A stretch of 64,000 nt of DNA, taken from Eledone cirrhosa (Eukaryota). The notes beneath the pieces were generated by a model, which was given only the letters and a program-made list of their open reading frames with translations, was not told the DNA's origin and did no database searches. The position numbers were made by a program, and so were the translations under genes. The DNA lies in contig OZ024742.1 of NCBI GenBank assembly GCA_964016885.1, forward strand, positions 157,976,001-158,040,000. Direction: 5' to 3'. Shown one piece after another: positions 30,759-49,139 of the stretch (position 1 is the first letter of the stretch; every line of letters starts with the position of its first letter).

Positions 30759-32162
30759 AATAAATTAATGTTACAATAAATTACCTTGCGCCCACTACGT
30801 TTAATATTTAAAATGTTGCCAGTGTTCCTTAAGTCAAACATATGTTTACCTTTCCAGCCACAGGATTCTAAAAGTCGGTATTTACTAACGAGGGATACCT
30901 TAGCCAAATGGTTATCGCATTTTCCTGAGAGATGCTGGTTTTGATTCCTCACTGGTGTCTGCACTCCTCCGTCAACAGGAGCGTTTAACTAATTTTCACA
31001 ACTATTATTTATATTGATCAGTTTTTGTTATAGTCAATTGAATTGGAACAGCTATAATGCCAACTGCAAATACTCGTGTTATTCTTGCTCATGTCAAAAT
31101 TGTTCTTGTTTCATGTGACTCTTGCATTATTAGAATATCATTAATTCTGTACAAAGTACCATTTTATCTCAATATTAATAGAATTAGCACCGCAATAACC
31201 ACCGGAAAAATCTGAATATAAGCAAACAATCAGCTCCCATATACACTTATCTATTATTAATCAACTATGCGTTACTATGCGTGTCGGGAAAGTCTGAAGA
31301 CATCGAATTACCTTAGTGCAATAAGTGTAGTACCAAAATTTATCAAAGTGAGTTCGGTTTTATATTTCGAAGCAAATTTTAAGCCATATCATATGTTCAA
31401 TTCCAAGGGAAATTTATATACAACGAAGTGAACAAAATTAATATCTTTAGAATTAGCTTTGTCATATGACTTTTATATCTTATTATAATATTACAGTAAA
31501 ACACTGAATAGCTGTCGTCATTTAAGTCTGCAACCTCTAGCAGTATTCCGAGTGTCACAGTATCACGAGCCTAAGCCTTTGTAGACATAAATGTGGATAT
31601 ACGGATGTAAGGTCGGATAAAGGAAAGAAATAGATACAATATGCGACTGATATAGCATAAAATAATGTTTTAGATGTGTTTAAAGAAAAAAGTACTTTTC
31701 AGAAAAAAATTATGGAAATATATAAAAAGAAGTCATATGTGTGTCTGTTGCCCTACATGAATAGATATATCTTGGTTTTCTATGTAAGTAGATATTTAAC
31801 AGAAAAAAATATGTATTTATATCCAAGTAATCTTAGATCTGTTGTCTGTAGAAATATATATAGCAATTATATAGATATGTGAAGACTTCCTAGTGCTCTC
31901 GCATATCGTGTGATGTTGAATTCCGGCATGGTCTATTCATAATTTCGCTTTCACCAACAATAACAATTGTTTTCTGTATTTGTCAGAAATAGCAGCCAAA
32001 TTTCTACTAATCCCATGTTACTCTTTTTCAAGAAAAAATGGCATTTTGCTCAAAATAATTCTAAATCTTTGTTCCAATATTTCATATAATACTCAAAGTA
32101 AGTTCCAGTACAATAATTCGATCGTCTTGCTCTCGTCTCGTCTCTAATTTCTCTCTCTCTCA

Positions 32163-32260
<98 letters not shown>

Positions 32261-32749
32261 CTGATATATAAAAGCCATATAAAAGGCTGTATGAATGTAT
32301 CAAATGGGAATCTTGCATTTCTGTTGTGCCTATTAATTCTCTTATTTTATATACCTAGAATCACGAAAGCCAAGGGAGATATTGACGGCATTCTAAATCA
32401 GAACTGAGAGATAGGTAACTAAATATCGGTTAGCATTTTGTCAATCGCTCTATTAGTTTTTGCCAATTGATCTTCTTCGCTGCTCTAAGTGTCCTAATTC
32501 TAGCATTGAGACAATGCTATTAACTTCAAGGACAAAGGTGTAGCCGATTAACATGAGCCTTTTACTTTTGCTGGCACATTAATTATTAACACTGGGAGTA
32601 TGAGTGACAATGTTGACTACTTTTAAATTATAGTTACGTCCCATTATTGTTGTAGATATTCATACATTAAATAGTTCTGACAATGCATAATAATGTATTA
32701 GAATAGTTCATATTGAACAAACGTCTTTTTAAATAATGGCTTCTTATAT

Positions 32750-32952
32750 AGGCACAACGCCAGCAATGTTGGGGTGGGGAAAGTCGATTAACTCGAGCCC
32801 AGAGTGTGACTGGTACTTTTTTAACCCACTCCAGAAGGATGAAAGACAAAGTTAACATCGGTGGGATTTGAACTCAGATCATAATGGGCCGTAAATCTAT
32901 GCTGCTAAGCATGGCGTCGGACCCTCTGACGATTCTGCAAATCCGCTGCCCT
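32750..32952 (-). mobile_element. SINE family A
   Basis: Reverse complement core plus head (gggcagcggatttgcagaatcgtcagag). Confidence 0.8.
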
Positions 32953-34199
32953 CGTCTTTTAAAATGATAATTTGGCTTGTACCATGTAAGATCCAAGGTA
33001 CATCAGCCTCAAAACGTGGCTAATGTCCAGGTGAAATACACCTATGAGATCTTCCCACTTCCCAATCTACTATTAATCATTTTAGTTACTTGCCACCTTT
33101 GCAGAAACATACATTCATCCACTTCGTCATAACGAGTAATAAGAGAACGGTATCCCTGTAGAGAATGCCTCCATACGTGCTTTACATCCAACTATATTTA
33201 TTTTGTAATTCTCTCCACTCAGCACTCTCTCTCTCGTTATCGTTGTTAGGGCTAATCCTGCTGGATGCGTGCTAAACTTTACTCTCAGTTCTCCATACAG
33301 GGATTGTGGCATACCCTTCCAGCATGTCTTTTTTAGGAATCAAATTTACAATCATGTAATTAGAAGATTAATGGCATAAAACTATCTAATATAGGACATT
33401 TGAACCTGAATATTCTTCCACATATTTCAGATAATAAAACACACAAGAAAACACAATATTAGTTTCAGAATGAAGCTTGTATCAGCCAGCAATGCTAGGT
33501 CTACCCCAGCAGGATTGCATCGCATGGTTCAATCTAGTAAAACAGTACATACGCATTCCAAACAGATCTATTAATTTGTGACTGGAGAAGGTTATATTGT
33601 GTGTCTCATGAGCTACGCGTGTAATATATTAATTAGAACGAAGATCAATTTCATTGCATTTGATCGAATTCAGAATCTTTTGAGGAGATAATATTGCTAT
33701 CCTTTCATGTTCCGTCTCTAGGGTTAAACCATGCAGCCAAACTAATTGTCATTAATTAGACAACTCTATCAATGCCAAAGTGCTAGTATATCTCTATGTA
33801 CTGCACCTATTTGCACCAAGGAGCAATGCCATTTGCTTAACACGTTAACACGTTATTCCATATATTGTATAGTATGTATTATTTTATCTTTGATCATATT
33901 ACCGATTACATTACCATGGAATTAAACCAGATACAGATCAATTTATTCCTTGGAATAAATGGCAAGCATCTTTGGTATATAAAATCGGCGTATCGCAATA
34001 TATATTATTCTCAATTATACAAAGCCCTCTACCTGAAACATGTCTGGGAGATTTTTATCTCCAGAATCTTGAATCTTTCAATTACTTTACTGCTGCGGCT
34101 GCTGCTGCTTCTTCTTCTTCTTCTTCTTCTTCTTCTTCTTCTTCTTCTTCTTCTTCTTCTTCTTCTTCTTCTTCTTCTTCTTCTTCTTCTTCTTCTACG

Positions 34200-34935
34200 C
34201 GCACTTATTCCTGTTAGCAACATCCTCAAACTATTCTTTCAGCAGGCCCTGTCAGTAGCAAGCGTTTCTACCAGATCAGACTGGAGCCCCAATTGGGACA
34301 AGCAGAGCTAATGGATGTTATCCAACCATCTTATTCAAGGCATATCCATGGGTTTCCTGCCAGTTCGCATTGCCCATAAAACTTGTCCAGCGATTCTATC
34401 GTGGGACATTCTAACAACAGGGCTACAATACCGGTGCTGTGATCTCTCACTTCGGATAAAGAGCGGCTCTACTAAGAACAAATCTCTGATATCTGAGCTA
34501 CGCACTCTAGCGAGTAACATTACTCCAAGCATCCTTCGAAGAAAACCCATTTGGGTCGCTTTTATTTGTGATCGTATTATTTCGCTCTATTCCACAAGAT
34601 TCATAGCCATAGGCAATGGTTGGCACGATAACTGCATTGACTTTAGGGAGTTTTGCTTTTAGACCTACTGATTACCGAATTACTGCACTAGCTATTTCAA
34701 TTCTTGTACTTAATTCAGCCTCATGCCTTCGACCACTCGTGAGTATGGCCTCAAAATACTTGAATTTCTCCACCTGCTTTAGTGGACTTCCATTCACATG
34801 TAGAGTACACTGCGCTGGCTTACTTGAGAAGACGAGTGTCTCAGTTTCCCCAGCACTAATTTTCATTCCAGCCATGCCGCACTCGGCATGAAACCTATCA
34901 AGTCGGAGATGAACTTCTGTCGCGTTACGTAATAC
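34200..34935 (-). pseudogene. RTE-clade LINE 3' fragment (RT C-terminus)
   Basis: LDRFHAEC..AGMKIS..ETLV, LKQVEKFKY, RIEIASAV, MGFLRRMLGV..ARVRSSDIR..VEPL..ERSQ, GRKP. Followed on the minus strand by a (GAA)n tail at 34108-34196. Confidence 0.88.
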
Positions 34936-35450
34936 CATATATATGTCTTTATAAATGTCTTTGGATTTTGGAGATATTCGGAACAGTAGAACTATATATG
35001 TGATATTTCAAGTTCTATCCACACAGAATACATGGTTTATTTTGTTTAATTTGACCGTTTGTATTTCAAATTCGATAGAAAAAGCCTATGAGTAGCAAAA
35101 ATTCGAGAAGTTATGGCTAGCAAAGAAGTTGTGACGAAATAAGGAATAAGAGAAATAGAAATACGGTTGGGACGAATTGAATTAGGTGGTGGGGGTATGC
35201 AAAAGACTAGTAAATATGCGTAGGGATTAGTGAGAAAAAGACGAGAGATTCACACGGCAGTGAGTGAGTTGTTGATTGAGTTGTTTCTTGTTGTTGTCAT
35301 AATGCAAATTATATTAGATATGCCAAGACTGGGTTAAATGATTTGTAATTTCATATGCTACCATCATTCGAAAACCCTTCGTTTGGACACGTGCTGCGGT
35401 ATATACATTTAACAGAAACTAAACATGTATATACGTATATATATATATAC

Positions 35451-35550
<100 letters not shown>

Positions 35551-35646
35551 TATTTTAATAAATATTTGCTCTACGGTTCTTATATATTTGATGTATATTT
35601 ATCCTTATCGAGCCCTCTTTGGATTTTGTCTTCAAAATTTTATTAT

Positions 35647-39645
<3,999 letters not shown>

Positions 39646-39670
39646 AATATATATATATATATATATATAT

Positions 39671-40089
39671 GTAGATAAATCTACCAAGAGTTTACGGTAG
39701 TGTCCAATCCGTATGAAGAACTCAATGTATTCCGGATATCATGGAAAGAAGAGATGTAATGAAAAATCACTTTCGGTGAAAGATAAACGGTATACAGAGT
39801 CAAGATAAAATATTAAACAAATAATGAATAAAACAATGAAACAGTTCCTTATATTAAACAAAAAAAGTTCATTATTTAAAGTTCATTATTTCTGAAGACG
39901 GCGTATATATGTGTTGGTATGTATATTTAATCTTGATAGTTTGTATAATTTTGTATAATTTTATACATAGATCTGTTGAATATGCATGCCAATTCTAACA
40001 CATATATATCCTAGAAACGATCGTTAAATAATGAACTTTTTTTGTTTAATATAAGGAACTGTTTCATTGTTTTATTCATTATTTGTTTA

Positions 40090-40097
<8 letters not shown>
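39671..40097 (+). mobile_element. Hammerhead-bearing inverted-repeat insert between (TA)n tracts
   Basis: 39807-39879 is the reverse complement of 40024-40097, with the hammerhead between the arms. Confidence 0.78.
39881..40036 (+). ncRNA. Type I hammerhead ribozyme with long stem II
   Basis: gttcattattt-CTGAAGA-cgg..tatatatgtgttgg...ctaacacatatata..ccta-GAAAC-gatc-GTT-aaataatgaac, with an 11-bp stem I and palindromic stem III. Confidence 0.75.
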
Positions 40098-40135
<38 letters not shown>

Positions 40136-40145
40136 GGGGGGGGGG

Positions 40146-40185
<40 letters not shown>

Positions 40186-40870
40186 TATGTATGTTTACAC
40201 ATATACACATATATACTTATATCTATACTTATGCGTGTGTGTATGTATATGCGTGTGTGTATGTATAAGTGTTTGTAACCAAGGAGGCTCTCGGATGTGC
40301 ATGGCAACACGGAGTGTCTCCTCATCATAATCAACAAATGCATCCACACCTGCGACCAGACAGGCTGCTTGAAATGTACCATTCATACTGTATCCCTATA
40401 CCCATCCATCGACATTGATTTTGCAGTGGAAATATACTTGTAGATGATCAGTGAGAGCGGAGATCCGGGAGTGTGTCACTGAGGAACTGGACCTTCTCGT
40501 GAAATATATATTCAATAGAGTATACCTGAACAAATACTACATTACGTGTTTAGACACCGTGAGAGTTAGACGTCCTATCATCATTTAGATGCTCAAACAG
40601 ACGCCCATAGAAATTTAGAGCGAGTAGAACAGAAATATACAAATCACAAAAATTAAAATCATGTGAGAAAATGAACACACATTCAGTACTAAAACTATTC
40701 TAAAGGACCGTAACAAAACTGATATCAAATTCAATAACAGAACATGCCCTAGAAGAGAGGGAGGCCATCGCTGTCAGCATCGTTGTAGACCTGGTCAATC
40801 GTTTTATATGATGGGACAGGAGACATTAGGATCGTTAAGTCAAGAGCTCCATATCCCTTACGATATAGGC

Positions 40871-41018
<148 letters not shown>

Positions 41019-43236
41019 TATTCTTGCTTGCTGATGAGGTGTGACAGACGACCAAAAATACGGCCCAGACAAACGGAGTTAACGCCCCAGGCTCTGTCTA
41101 CTTCCGCATCATACAGGTGTAGTAAGTAATGAGCAGTTGCTTTATTTGACATACATGTTCTACGTCAGAAAGAGGGGGTTTATTTACACGGAGGAAGTTC
41201 GGTTCGGGTAAGGTAAAGTTTCAATTTTGATTACATTCTGTGTATTTTAGTAATTTTAGTAATATTTATTTTGATTAATTTCCTTTATTAAATCTTAACT
41301 TGTTTGATAATATATTTAGTGTTTTCACGTTGATTTAGTCCTCTCATCTGAACGAATGAGTACCATCTACAACTGCGAAATTAATCTCGTGACGGATTGT
41401 CATTCCCTCGCGGTGATAATCTTGTTCTTTCAATTGTTTAACACTTCAAGAAACCGAAATAACCTCCGCCTATTGAACTTCTAGGCTTGGGACATTAACA
41501 TGGATGGTAGTTCGTAACATCACTTCAAACAGTTATACACATTCATTATAATATAATATTAATAAATAGGGCAGAAAACCTGAAAGAAACTTTGCAAACG
41601 GGTAGAAGCTGAAAACATGTAATGCATAAATTTGCAAATAATATCAGCATTTTAAATTCCTTAGAACCCACGAAACATTTATTTAGTATTATAACTGATA
41701 GTATACACATCCACGTGTATATTTTCCTTCTCTGTATTTTTCAACAAAGTATAGCTAACTTGAGAGAATGTCAATATATAGAAATGAAATATCATTCATA
41801 TGATAAATACTTTTTTCCTGTCATTCTATCTTTGGCACAAACAGAACAGCTCGCAAATAACATAATAATGACTTACCTAAGCCACCATAATATACTGTCT
41901 ATTATTGCATATCTCTATACGGCAGATCTGATCCAGCATCCGCTTCAACAATGCGTTGTTTGTTCAAAATCTATTTTGAAAAGAACTCCGAAGTAATTAA
42001 ATAATTGATTTCACCTATATAAACAGCAAAACTTACTTTATTCTAGTAATTTCGAATGTGAAATCTTGTAAACGTCATGTAAATATGATTGGAGAGGTAA
42101 ATCGCATTTTGTATAACATTTCTATATAAGCTAGGTCGAAGGTTAACAGGAGAAAAAATAACAATTTAGTCAAAATGAAATCTAATATTCCAGCATATTT
42201 CTGCATCGGCAATTCCTGTTTCTGTGTATTATAGATTGTTGTTTTTCATATATTTCATGTCGGAAACATAAATCAAATAATGTCTTTAAATAATATTTAT
42301 TTCTCATTCTATTATTAGAGACGTGTTTCTGTGAGTAATTTCAAAAAGAAGACGAAGAGTGAAAAAAAAAAGAACGTGTGAATATTTTGTTTTGATGAAC
42401 ATAAGTGTTTACAAGTTGTGTTCAATGTACTCCAACTCTTCAGACAGTTGTCTGGAGAAGCATTATTTCAAATCAATAATGAGAGATAATTTACCAAAAG
42501 ACCTCTTTCTTTCTTTATCGTGTTAAGAATGACATTGCTGAGAGCCAATACATAGAAGTTTTCTGAATGTAAGTAACTATTAAAAGCATACAGCCATTTT
42601 CAAGATATACAGCGATGGTGAGAGATCTTTCGGACATTAAAAATAGCGAAGAAAGAAAGGGAAAAACAAACAGCGTTGTCCTGATGTACGCTAAATAGTG
42701 AATTTCTTCGATTTCTTTAGAATGTAGGTTTACAATTAAGTAGAGGTATCTCAAAGCATTCTGATAAAAGTACTATAATAGATATGTATGAGTGTGTCAT
42801 TTAGTGTGAATGTATTTGTACGTTAGTGCAATTATCTATGTTTACATCATACACACACACACGTGCGTGTGTGTGTATATGTGCATATGTATTAGCTTCG
42901 ACTAATAAATGTTTGACTAAAGAGCAGTCTAGTGGTTATACCTTTAGCAAACGCAGCTAACAAATGATTATACATGCTCGGACTATTTTCTTTAATTCCT
43001 TCATAGTTTAACAGTGAATATGTTCTAAGATATAAGTATTTACACACACACACATACATATATATAGGTATGCACACGTACACACATATATACACATGTA
43101 TATATATACATAACCACACACGTATGGGTTATATCTAACATTATAATAATGTTCGATACGTTTGTAAAGAAAAGGCCATATTTGAAGCTGTGCCGGTGAC
43201 TGATCATCATGTTTGTTCAACACAGGCTTTGAGGAA

Positions 43237-43276
43237 TTATCAACATGTTTCTTGGTCATTACCCATCATTAGGAAT
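43237..43276 (-). ncRNA. Decayed hammerhead motif, positional homolog of the 51-52 kb ribozyme
   Basis: Minus strand: attc-CTAATGA-tggg-taatga-ccaa-GAAA-catg-TT. Core G5 is changed to A. Confidence 0.45.
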
Positions 43277-43461
43277 GTATACCTCTGCCAGTCTGTTCAA
43301 CGGTTGAAAATATATAGTATTTTCTTAAGTACAGATCGGCTGAGTTGCCTCATTTGCATACCAAACGAGTTACGGCTGGCCTTGCCGAATATTAAATATA
43401 AAATTAGAATGTTATTTCTCGCCCTAGCACAGCTGATACATAAATGTAAGTATGCACACGT

Positions 43462-43504
<43 letters not shown>

Positions 43505-43540
43505 ATATAAGATCAAAAGATGGTTAAAGGAGTTCCATAT

Positions 43541-43609
43541 ATTTTATTATGCGCATTTCAAAAACAAACATCATCAAGCAATAATATTTGTGTTTTCATC
43601 AGATAAAAC
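43541..43609 (-). ncRNA. Minimal type I hammerhead ribozyme (left arm copy)
   Basis: Reverse complement of 44748-44816. Confidence 0.82.
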
Positions 43610-44747
43610 AGGAGAACATGATATGAAGGCTAAAAAACACTTGTGGATAGTGCAGTTTTAAATCAACATATGAAAAGTGGTTTTAGATTGATGTGTGATA
43701 TTGGGAAAAATATTTTATTTAGAGAGGGGGGGGATGAAAAGGGAAGGAGATGAGAGGGAGAGATGGGTGATAGAGAGAAAGAGATAGTTTTTATAACTGA
43801 GAGGAGATATATTTTTCACATAGAGGGGTTGAAAACCGTTGGAAGATACTGTATAAATTAAAAATTTTGAAAATTAACGAAGGGAGGATATGTGCGAGGA
43901 AAAAATATTTTATTTAGGGAGGGGGGGGAGGATGAAAAAAAGGGGGAGGAGATGAGAGTGAAGGTGGAGAGGGAGAGATGGGTGATAGAGAGAAAGAGAT
44001 AGTTTTTATAACTGAGAAAAAGATATATTGTTTTAATATAGAGAGGTTGGGAACCGTTGGAAGATAATGTATAAATTAAAGGAATTTGAAAATTAACGAA
44101 GGGAAATTATGTATGAAGATAGAGAGAAAAAAATAATAATTGTGGGTGAATATTCTAACGTCAAAAGAAGAAATGTATGTATTGTGGCAATTTCAAAATT
44201 AGCGAAGAGAAAAATTGTTAAGGTTTGTGTGTAGAAGGATTTGAGAAAAATAATGTGAAGTTAAAGTTTGTATATTGAATTGATAATATGTGCGAATAAA
44301 GAGTTAATATGTATTAATAATGAGTTCTTTGATGGGGAGAAAAAAATAATAATAAATTAAGGATGAAATTGAGATTAAAAAGATTTATGATAGAGAGAAA
44401 AAATAATAATGATTGCGGATGAATATTCAAAATGTCAAAAACAAATGTTATTATTTTACGAGAATATAGAATGAGGGTAATGAGTAAACGAGTATTATAG
44501 AGTGTATCTTCCAACGGTTTTCAACCCCTCTATGTAAAAAATATATCTCCTCTCAGTTATAAAAACTATCTCTTTCTCTCTATCACCCATCTCTCCCTCT
44601 CATCTCCTTCCCTTTTCATCCCCCTCCCCCCTCTCTAAATAAAATATTTTTCCCAATATCACACATCAATCTAAAACCACTTTTCATATGTTGATTTAAA
44701 ACTGCACTATCCACAAGTGTTTTTTAGCCTTCATATCATGTTCTCCT

Positions 44748-44816
44748 GTTTTATCTGATGAAAACACAAATATTATTGCTTGATGATGTTTGTTTTTGAA
44801 ATGCGCATAATAAAAT
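44748..44816 (+). ncRNA. Minimal type I hammerhead ribozyme (right arm of fold-back element)
   Basis: gttttat-CTGATGA-aaacaCAAATATTATT-gctt-GATGATGTTTGttttt-GAAA-tgcgca-TA-ataaaat. Confidence 0.82.
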
Positions 44817-44943
44817 ATATGGAACTCCTTTAACCATCTTTTGATCTTATATTATGCATACTCCAGTCCCACAAACTGTAGAGTGCTTCTTATCCGATAT
44901 CTGCATTGCTTTATTGTACTACAATAAAACTCACCTCCTACAT

Positions 44944-45059
<116 letters not shown>

Positions 45060-45555
45060 CATACACACACATATATACATATACATAAGTACGTATGGAT
45101 TATCTCAAACATTAATAATAATATTCGATTCGTTTGTAAACAAACGGACTGATTTGAAGTTGTGTCGTGCCGGTGACCGAACGCCACCTCTTTGTTCAAT
45201 TTATGTATCAGCTGTGTTAGGGCGAGCTATAAAATTCTAATTTTATATATATATATATATATATATAAATGTATTCTCTTTTCTCCTAGTTTATTTTACA
45301 CCTAATTCTGTTTAATTAACTGTATATCTGGGCGATTACACTGTCGAAATATTCAATAAATATTCCGTCGCAGCCGACGCGAAGGGCTAGTTTCGGGTAT
45401 TTGTTGGGGATTTCTGCATAGAAGCCTTAATCTTATAGCCTGGTCTATTCGATTTTTTATATAGTTGATTATGCTAATTGGGAGAGGAAATGGTATATAT
45501 TTTATCTGGTGATTCTATAGACATGTTTTATGATATATATATATATATATATATA

Positions 45556-45820
45556 TAGTTATCAATATTTCTTTAAGTGTTGTGAGTACTGGATTTAACG
45601 ATTGTTAAATCCAGTATGAGCAATTACAATATTATATTTGTAAATATAATTCTGTAATTAAACAAATCTGTGTTAACATTTATTCGTATAATGAAGTGAC
45701 CCCGTATCACTGTTGGATTATATACAGCTGGCATGGAGTGCTTAATTCTGTTAAAACCAAATTTCCTTGATGGATTGGATTGCGCAAAGGCACCACTCAC
45801 AACACTTAAAGAAATATTGA

Positions 45821-45826
<6 letters not shown>
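45556..45826. repeat. Small insert with 32-bp terminal inverted repeats and an internal hairpin, flanked by (TA)n
   Basis: tagttatcaatatttctttaagtgttgtgagt / actcacaacacttaaagaaatattgataacta, plus the hairpin tactggatttaac-gatt-gttaaatccagta. Confidence 0.8.
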
Positions 45827-45886
<60 letters not shown>

Positions 45887-46064
45887 GAATTCTATAGCTC
45901 GCCCTAACACAGCTGATACATAAATTGAACAAAGAGGTGGCGTTCGGTCACCGGCACGACACAACTTCAAATCAGTCCGTTTGTTTACAAACGAATCATA
46001 TATTATTATTAATGTTTGAGATAATCCATACGTACTTATGTATATGTATATATGTGTGTGTATG

Positions 46065-46133
<69 letters not shown>

Positions 46134-46306
46134 ACGTGTGCATACTTACATTTATGTATCAGCTGTGCTAGGGCGAGAAATAAAATTCTAATTTAATATT
46201 TAATATTCGGCAAGGCCAGCCGTAACTCGTTTGGTATGCAAATGAGGCAACTCAGCCGATCTGTACTTAAGAAAATACTATATAGCTATCCATCTATCTA
46301 TCTATC

Positions 46307-46358
<52 letters not shown>

Positions 46359-46973
46359 GGGAGAGGAACGGAGGATATATATATTTAAATGTTTTTTTAT
46401 GTTTTAATTTTTTAATTTTAATATTTTTAATTTGTTATTTTATTTTTATTTTTTTTTTATTTTATAATTTCCCCTACTCAGATTTCATAGAATTCTTTTT
46501 TCGCCTGCTTTCTAGCTAGCCTAATTCAACTCCTTAGAATTTGCTGTATAGAATTTACTTTCAACGCTTGACCGGCTTCACCCACTCCCTCATTGTTCTA
46601 CAGGCAAGTTCAGCCACCCCACCCCCTACCCACTGCTATGAATGATTTAACTATATATATATAACATGTGTGTGTGTGTGTGTGTGTAAAAGGTAAACAG
46701 AAATAACAACACAATAGGTAGAGTATATGGAAGGTATATATTAGGTTAACGCTTGATATAGGAGGAAGAGGGTCTTAACTCTCACTTCTATCAGTGTTGT
46801 TGTTTTGAATAAGTTTCAATATTGAATTTTGTGCAAACCTTACTTCGTGATCTCAAGTACAACAATTGGCAGGATATTAATACCACCATCAATCGAACAG
46901 TTATTAGTCCAATCCTGATGCTATAGACCCATTGACACTGCACCTAAATATACGTAAACAATCAACTATAAAA

Positions 46974-47160
46974 TAATTGTTTCTACGTTTGGCACAAGAC
47001 CAGCAATTACCCCAGTGTATTACTGATACTTTATTTTATCGACCCCGTAAGGATGAAAGGCAAAGTTAATCTCGGCGGGATTTGAAATCAGACCGTAAAG
47101 AGACGTAACTCTATGCTGCAAATCATGGCGTCTGACCCTCTACCGATACTGACAATCTAC
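46974..47160 (-). mobile_element. SINE family A
   Basis: Closely similar to 18163-18345. Confidence 0.85.
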
Positions 47161-47433
47161 ATAATGCCACCGAAATCGCGTAAGACCACTGATGTTCCGC
47201 ATCAGTAAACAAAGCTGAAAGTGGTGCTTGTGGTGTGGGCTTCATTAAACTGTTACGAAATTTGAATGTTCCAAAGTTCTATAACGGTACAAATCTAGCT
47301 GACATAAATGTTTATGCCATCGTAATCACAATTACGTTTGGTTGAACCAATAACTAAGTTGTTTCCGCTCTATCAAATCAGATAGGCTATTTCAATTCAA
47401 GCATCGTGATACAATCATGTTCTATGAACATCA

Positions 47434-47504
47434 TCATGCCTCAGTGACAGTTCCTGAAGGCTGCTGGATCCGAACTGAAGAATCCATGTTTCTCAAATTG
47501 TCAA
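47434..47504 (-). CDS. Tentative terminal exon, in frame with the 47857-48003 exon
   Basis: ttctaat..aaaatacag| then (V)DNLRNMDSSVRIQQPSGTVTEA-stop in phase 1. Confidence 0.3.
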
Positions 47505-47856
47505 CTGTATTTTGTATAAATAGATATTAGAACAAGCGATAAAGTTTTCATCAAAGTTCCAAACTAGAGGAAAGAAATGATGTATATTTTCATAGAGGTC
47601 TTGTTGACAGAAACATATTACTGATAGAAATTCAACGCTTCCATGTGATATATGTTAAGGTGGACATACAAGATAACTTATTAACTAAGAGATAAATATA
47701 GGCCTTTCTTTAGTCAGGAAATAGGAACTTGCTCTAGTTATATTCACAAAAGTTTTGCAGAGGGGACAAGCTCCAGACACCTGTATTATGCAGATTTTCG
47801 AACAAATAAATATAGGTGATTAATCAGGGAGGCAATAATATTGCACAATTCGTCAC

Positions 47857-48003
47857 CATATTGGTCACAATATCCAGTAATTTTCGCGTATGTCCATGCG
47901 CAGGGAGAGGGCTGGCACCTCTCACACAAACAATTTTGTCCGAACGGCATCAGTTTTGGCGGAAGAAAATAGAGTCGTATATATTTTGGATGGGCATGTA
48001 TGT
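47857..48003 (-). CDS. Tentative Cys-rich internal exon of an unknown host gene
   Basis: ttttcttaaag|...|gtgacg, 147 bp, phase 1-1, encoding DIHAHPKYIRLYFLPPKLMPFGQNCLCERCQPSPCAWTYAKITGYCDQY. The donor site is weak. Confidence 0.35.
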
Positions 48004-48180
48004 CTTTAAGAAAATATATGGGTGCAATTGCCAATAAATTCATGAATTACAACCATATTGAGCAGCAGCATACATGAATATATAATCACTGTTCCGTGTA
48101 TGTATTTGTGGACGTGCATTTACTTTATCTGATATATGTGTTATATATATGCATACACATATATATATATATATATGGGT

Positions 48181-48375
<195 letters not shown>

Positions 48376-49057
48376 TATATATATGTGTGTGTATATACAT
48401 CTAAATATACACACACATATATACATATCAAATATATATATTTTTATATATATATATATATTTGTATATGTGTGTGTGGGTATGTGTGTGTGTGCGTGTC
48501 TGCGTGTGTGTATGTGTGCGTGCTTGTGTGTGTGTGTGTGTCCGTAGGGAAATATGTTTCTGTATCCGAATATGTGGTATGTGTACATATCATTGTTTGA
48601 ACGCACACCTGAGCTAATGTGGGAAAGTTAGTGTCTGTCATTATATTTAACAGAACTAGCTACTTCGATCGAAGGCACTTAACTGCTCAGGGTGCCTTTA
48701 TTGAATATTTTCTTCAAGGAAGTGCTATATTAACAAGTCATACAGTCATGCTGCAAAATATGAGAAATGCATTAAATATGTCGTGTAATAGAGAAGCGGT
48801 CATTGCTATTCACTCTAGGCGCATTTTTCGTCCCATGATACTAAACATATAAATCACTTATTTTGAAAGTAGCATACATAAATGGTTCTGCCAGTGTTAG
48901 TTCCGTTTGGGCTATGTCAATAATAATCATAGATTCTGGTACTAGGAAAATTGGCTTGAATTTAAAAATAAATGTTTATGTCTTTCTACATGCACATATA
49001 TACTTATAGGCATACAATTATGAAATCAGACACAGTATTGTATAGTAATGACTCCTA

Positions 49058-49139
<82 letters not shown>

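Noticed and set aside
40270-40860. Possible LINE C-terminal zinc-knuckle remnant
   Set aside because: Similarity is too weak to call.
41020-41135. CTGATGA followed by a possible stem (ggtgtg/cgcatc)
   Set aside because: GAAA is absent; at most a decayed relic.
42400-42450. Minus-strand CTGAAGA-gttg..caac-ttgtaaac
   Set aside because: The GAAA core is disrupted and stem I is unclear, so it is not counted as a ribozyme.
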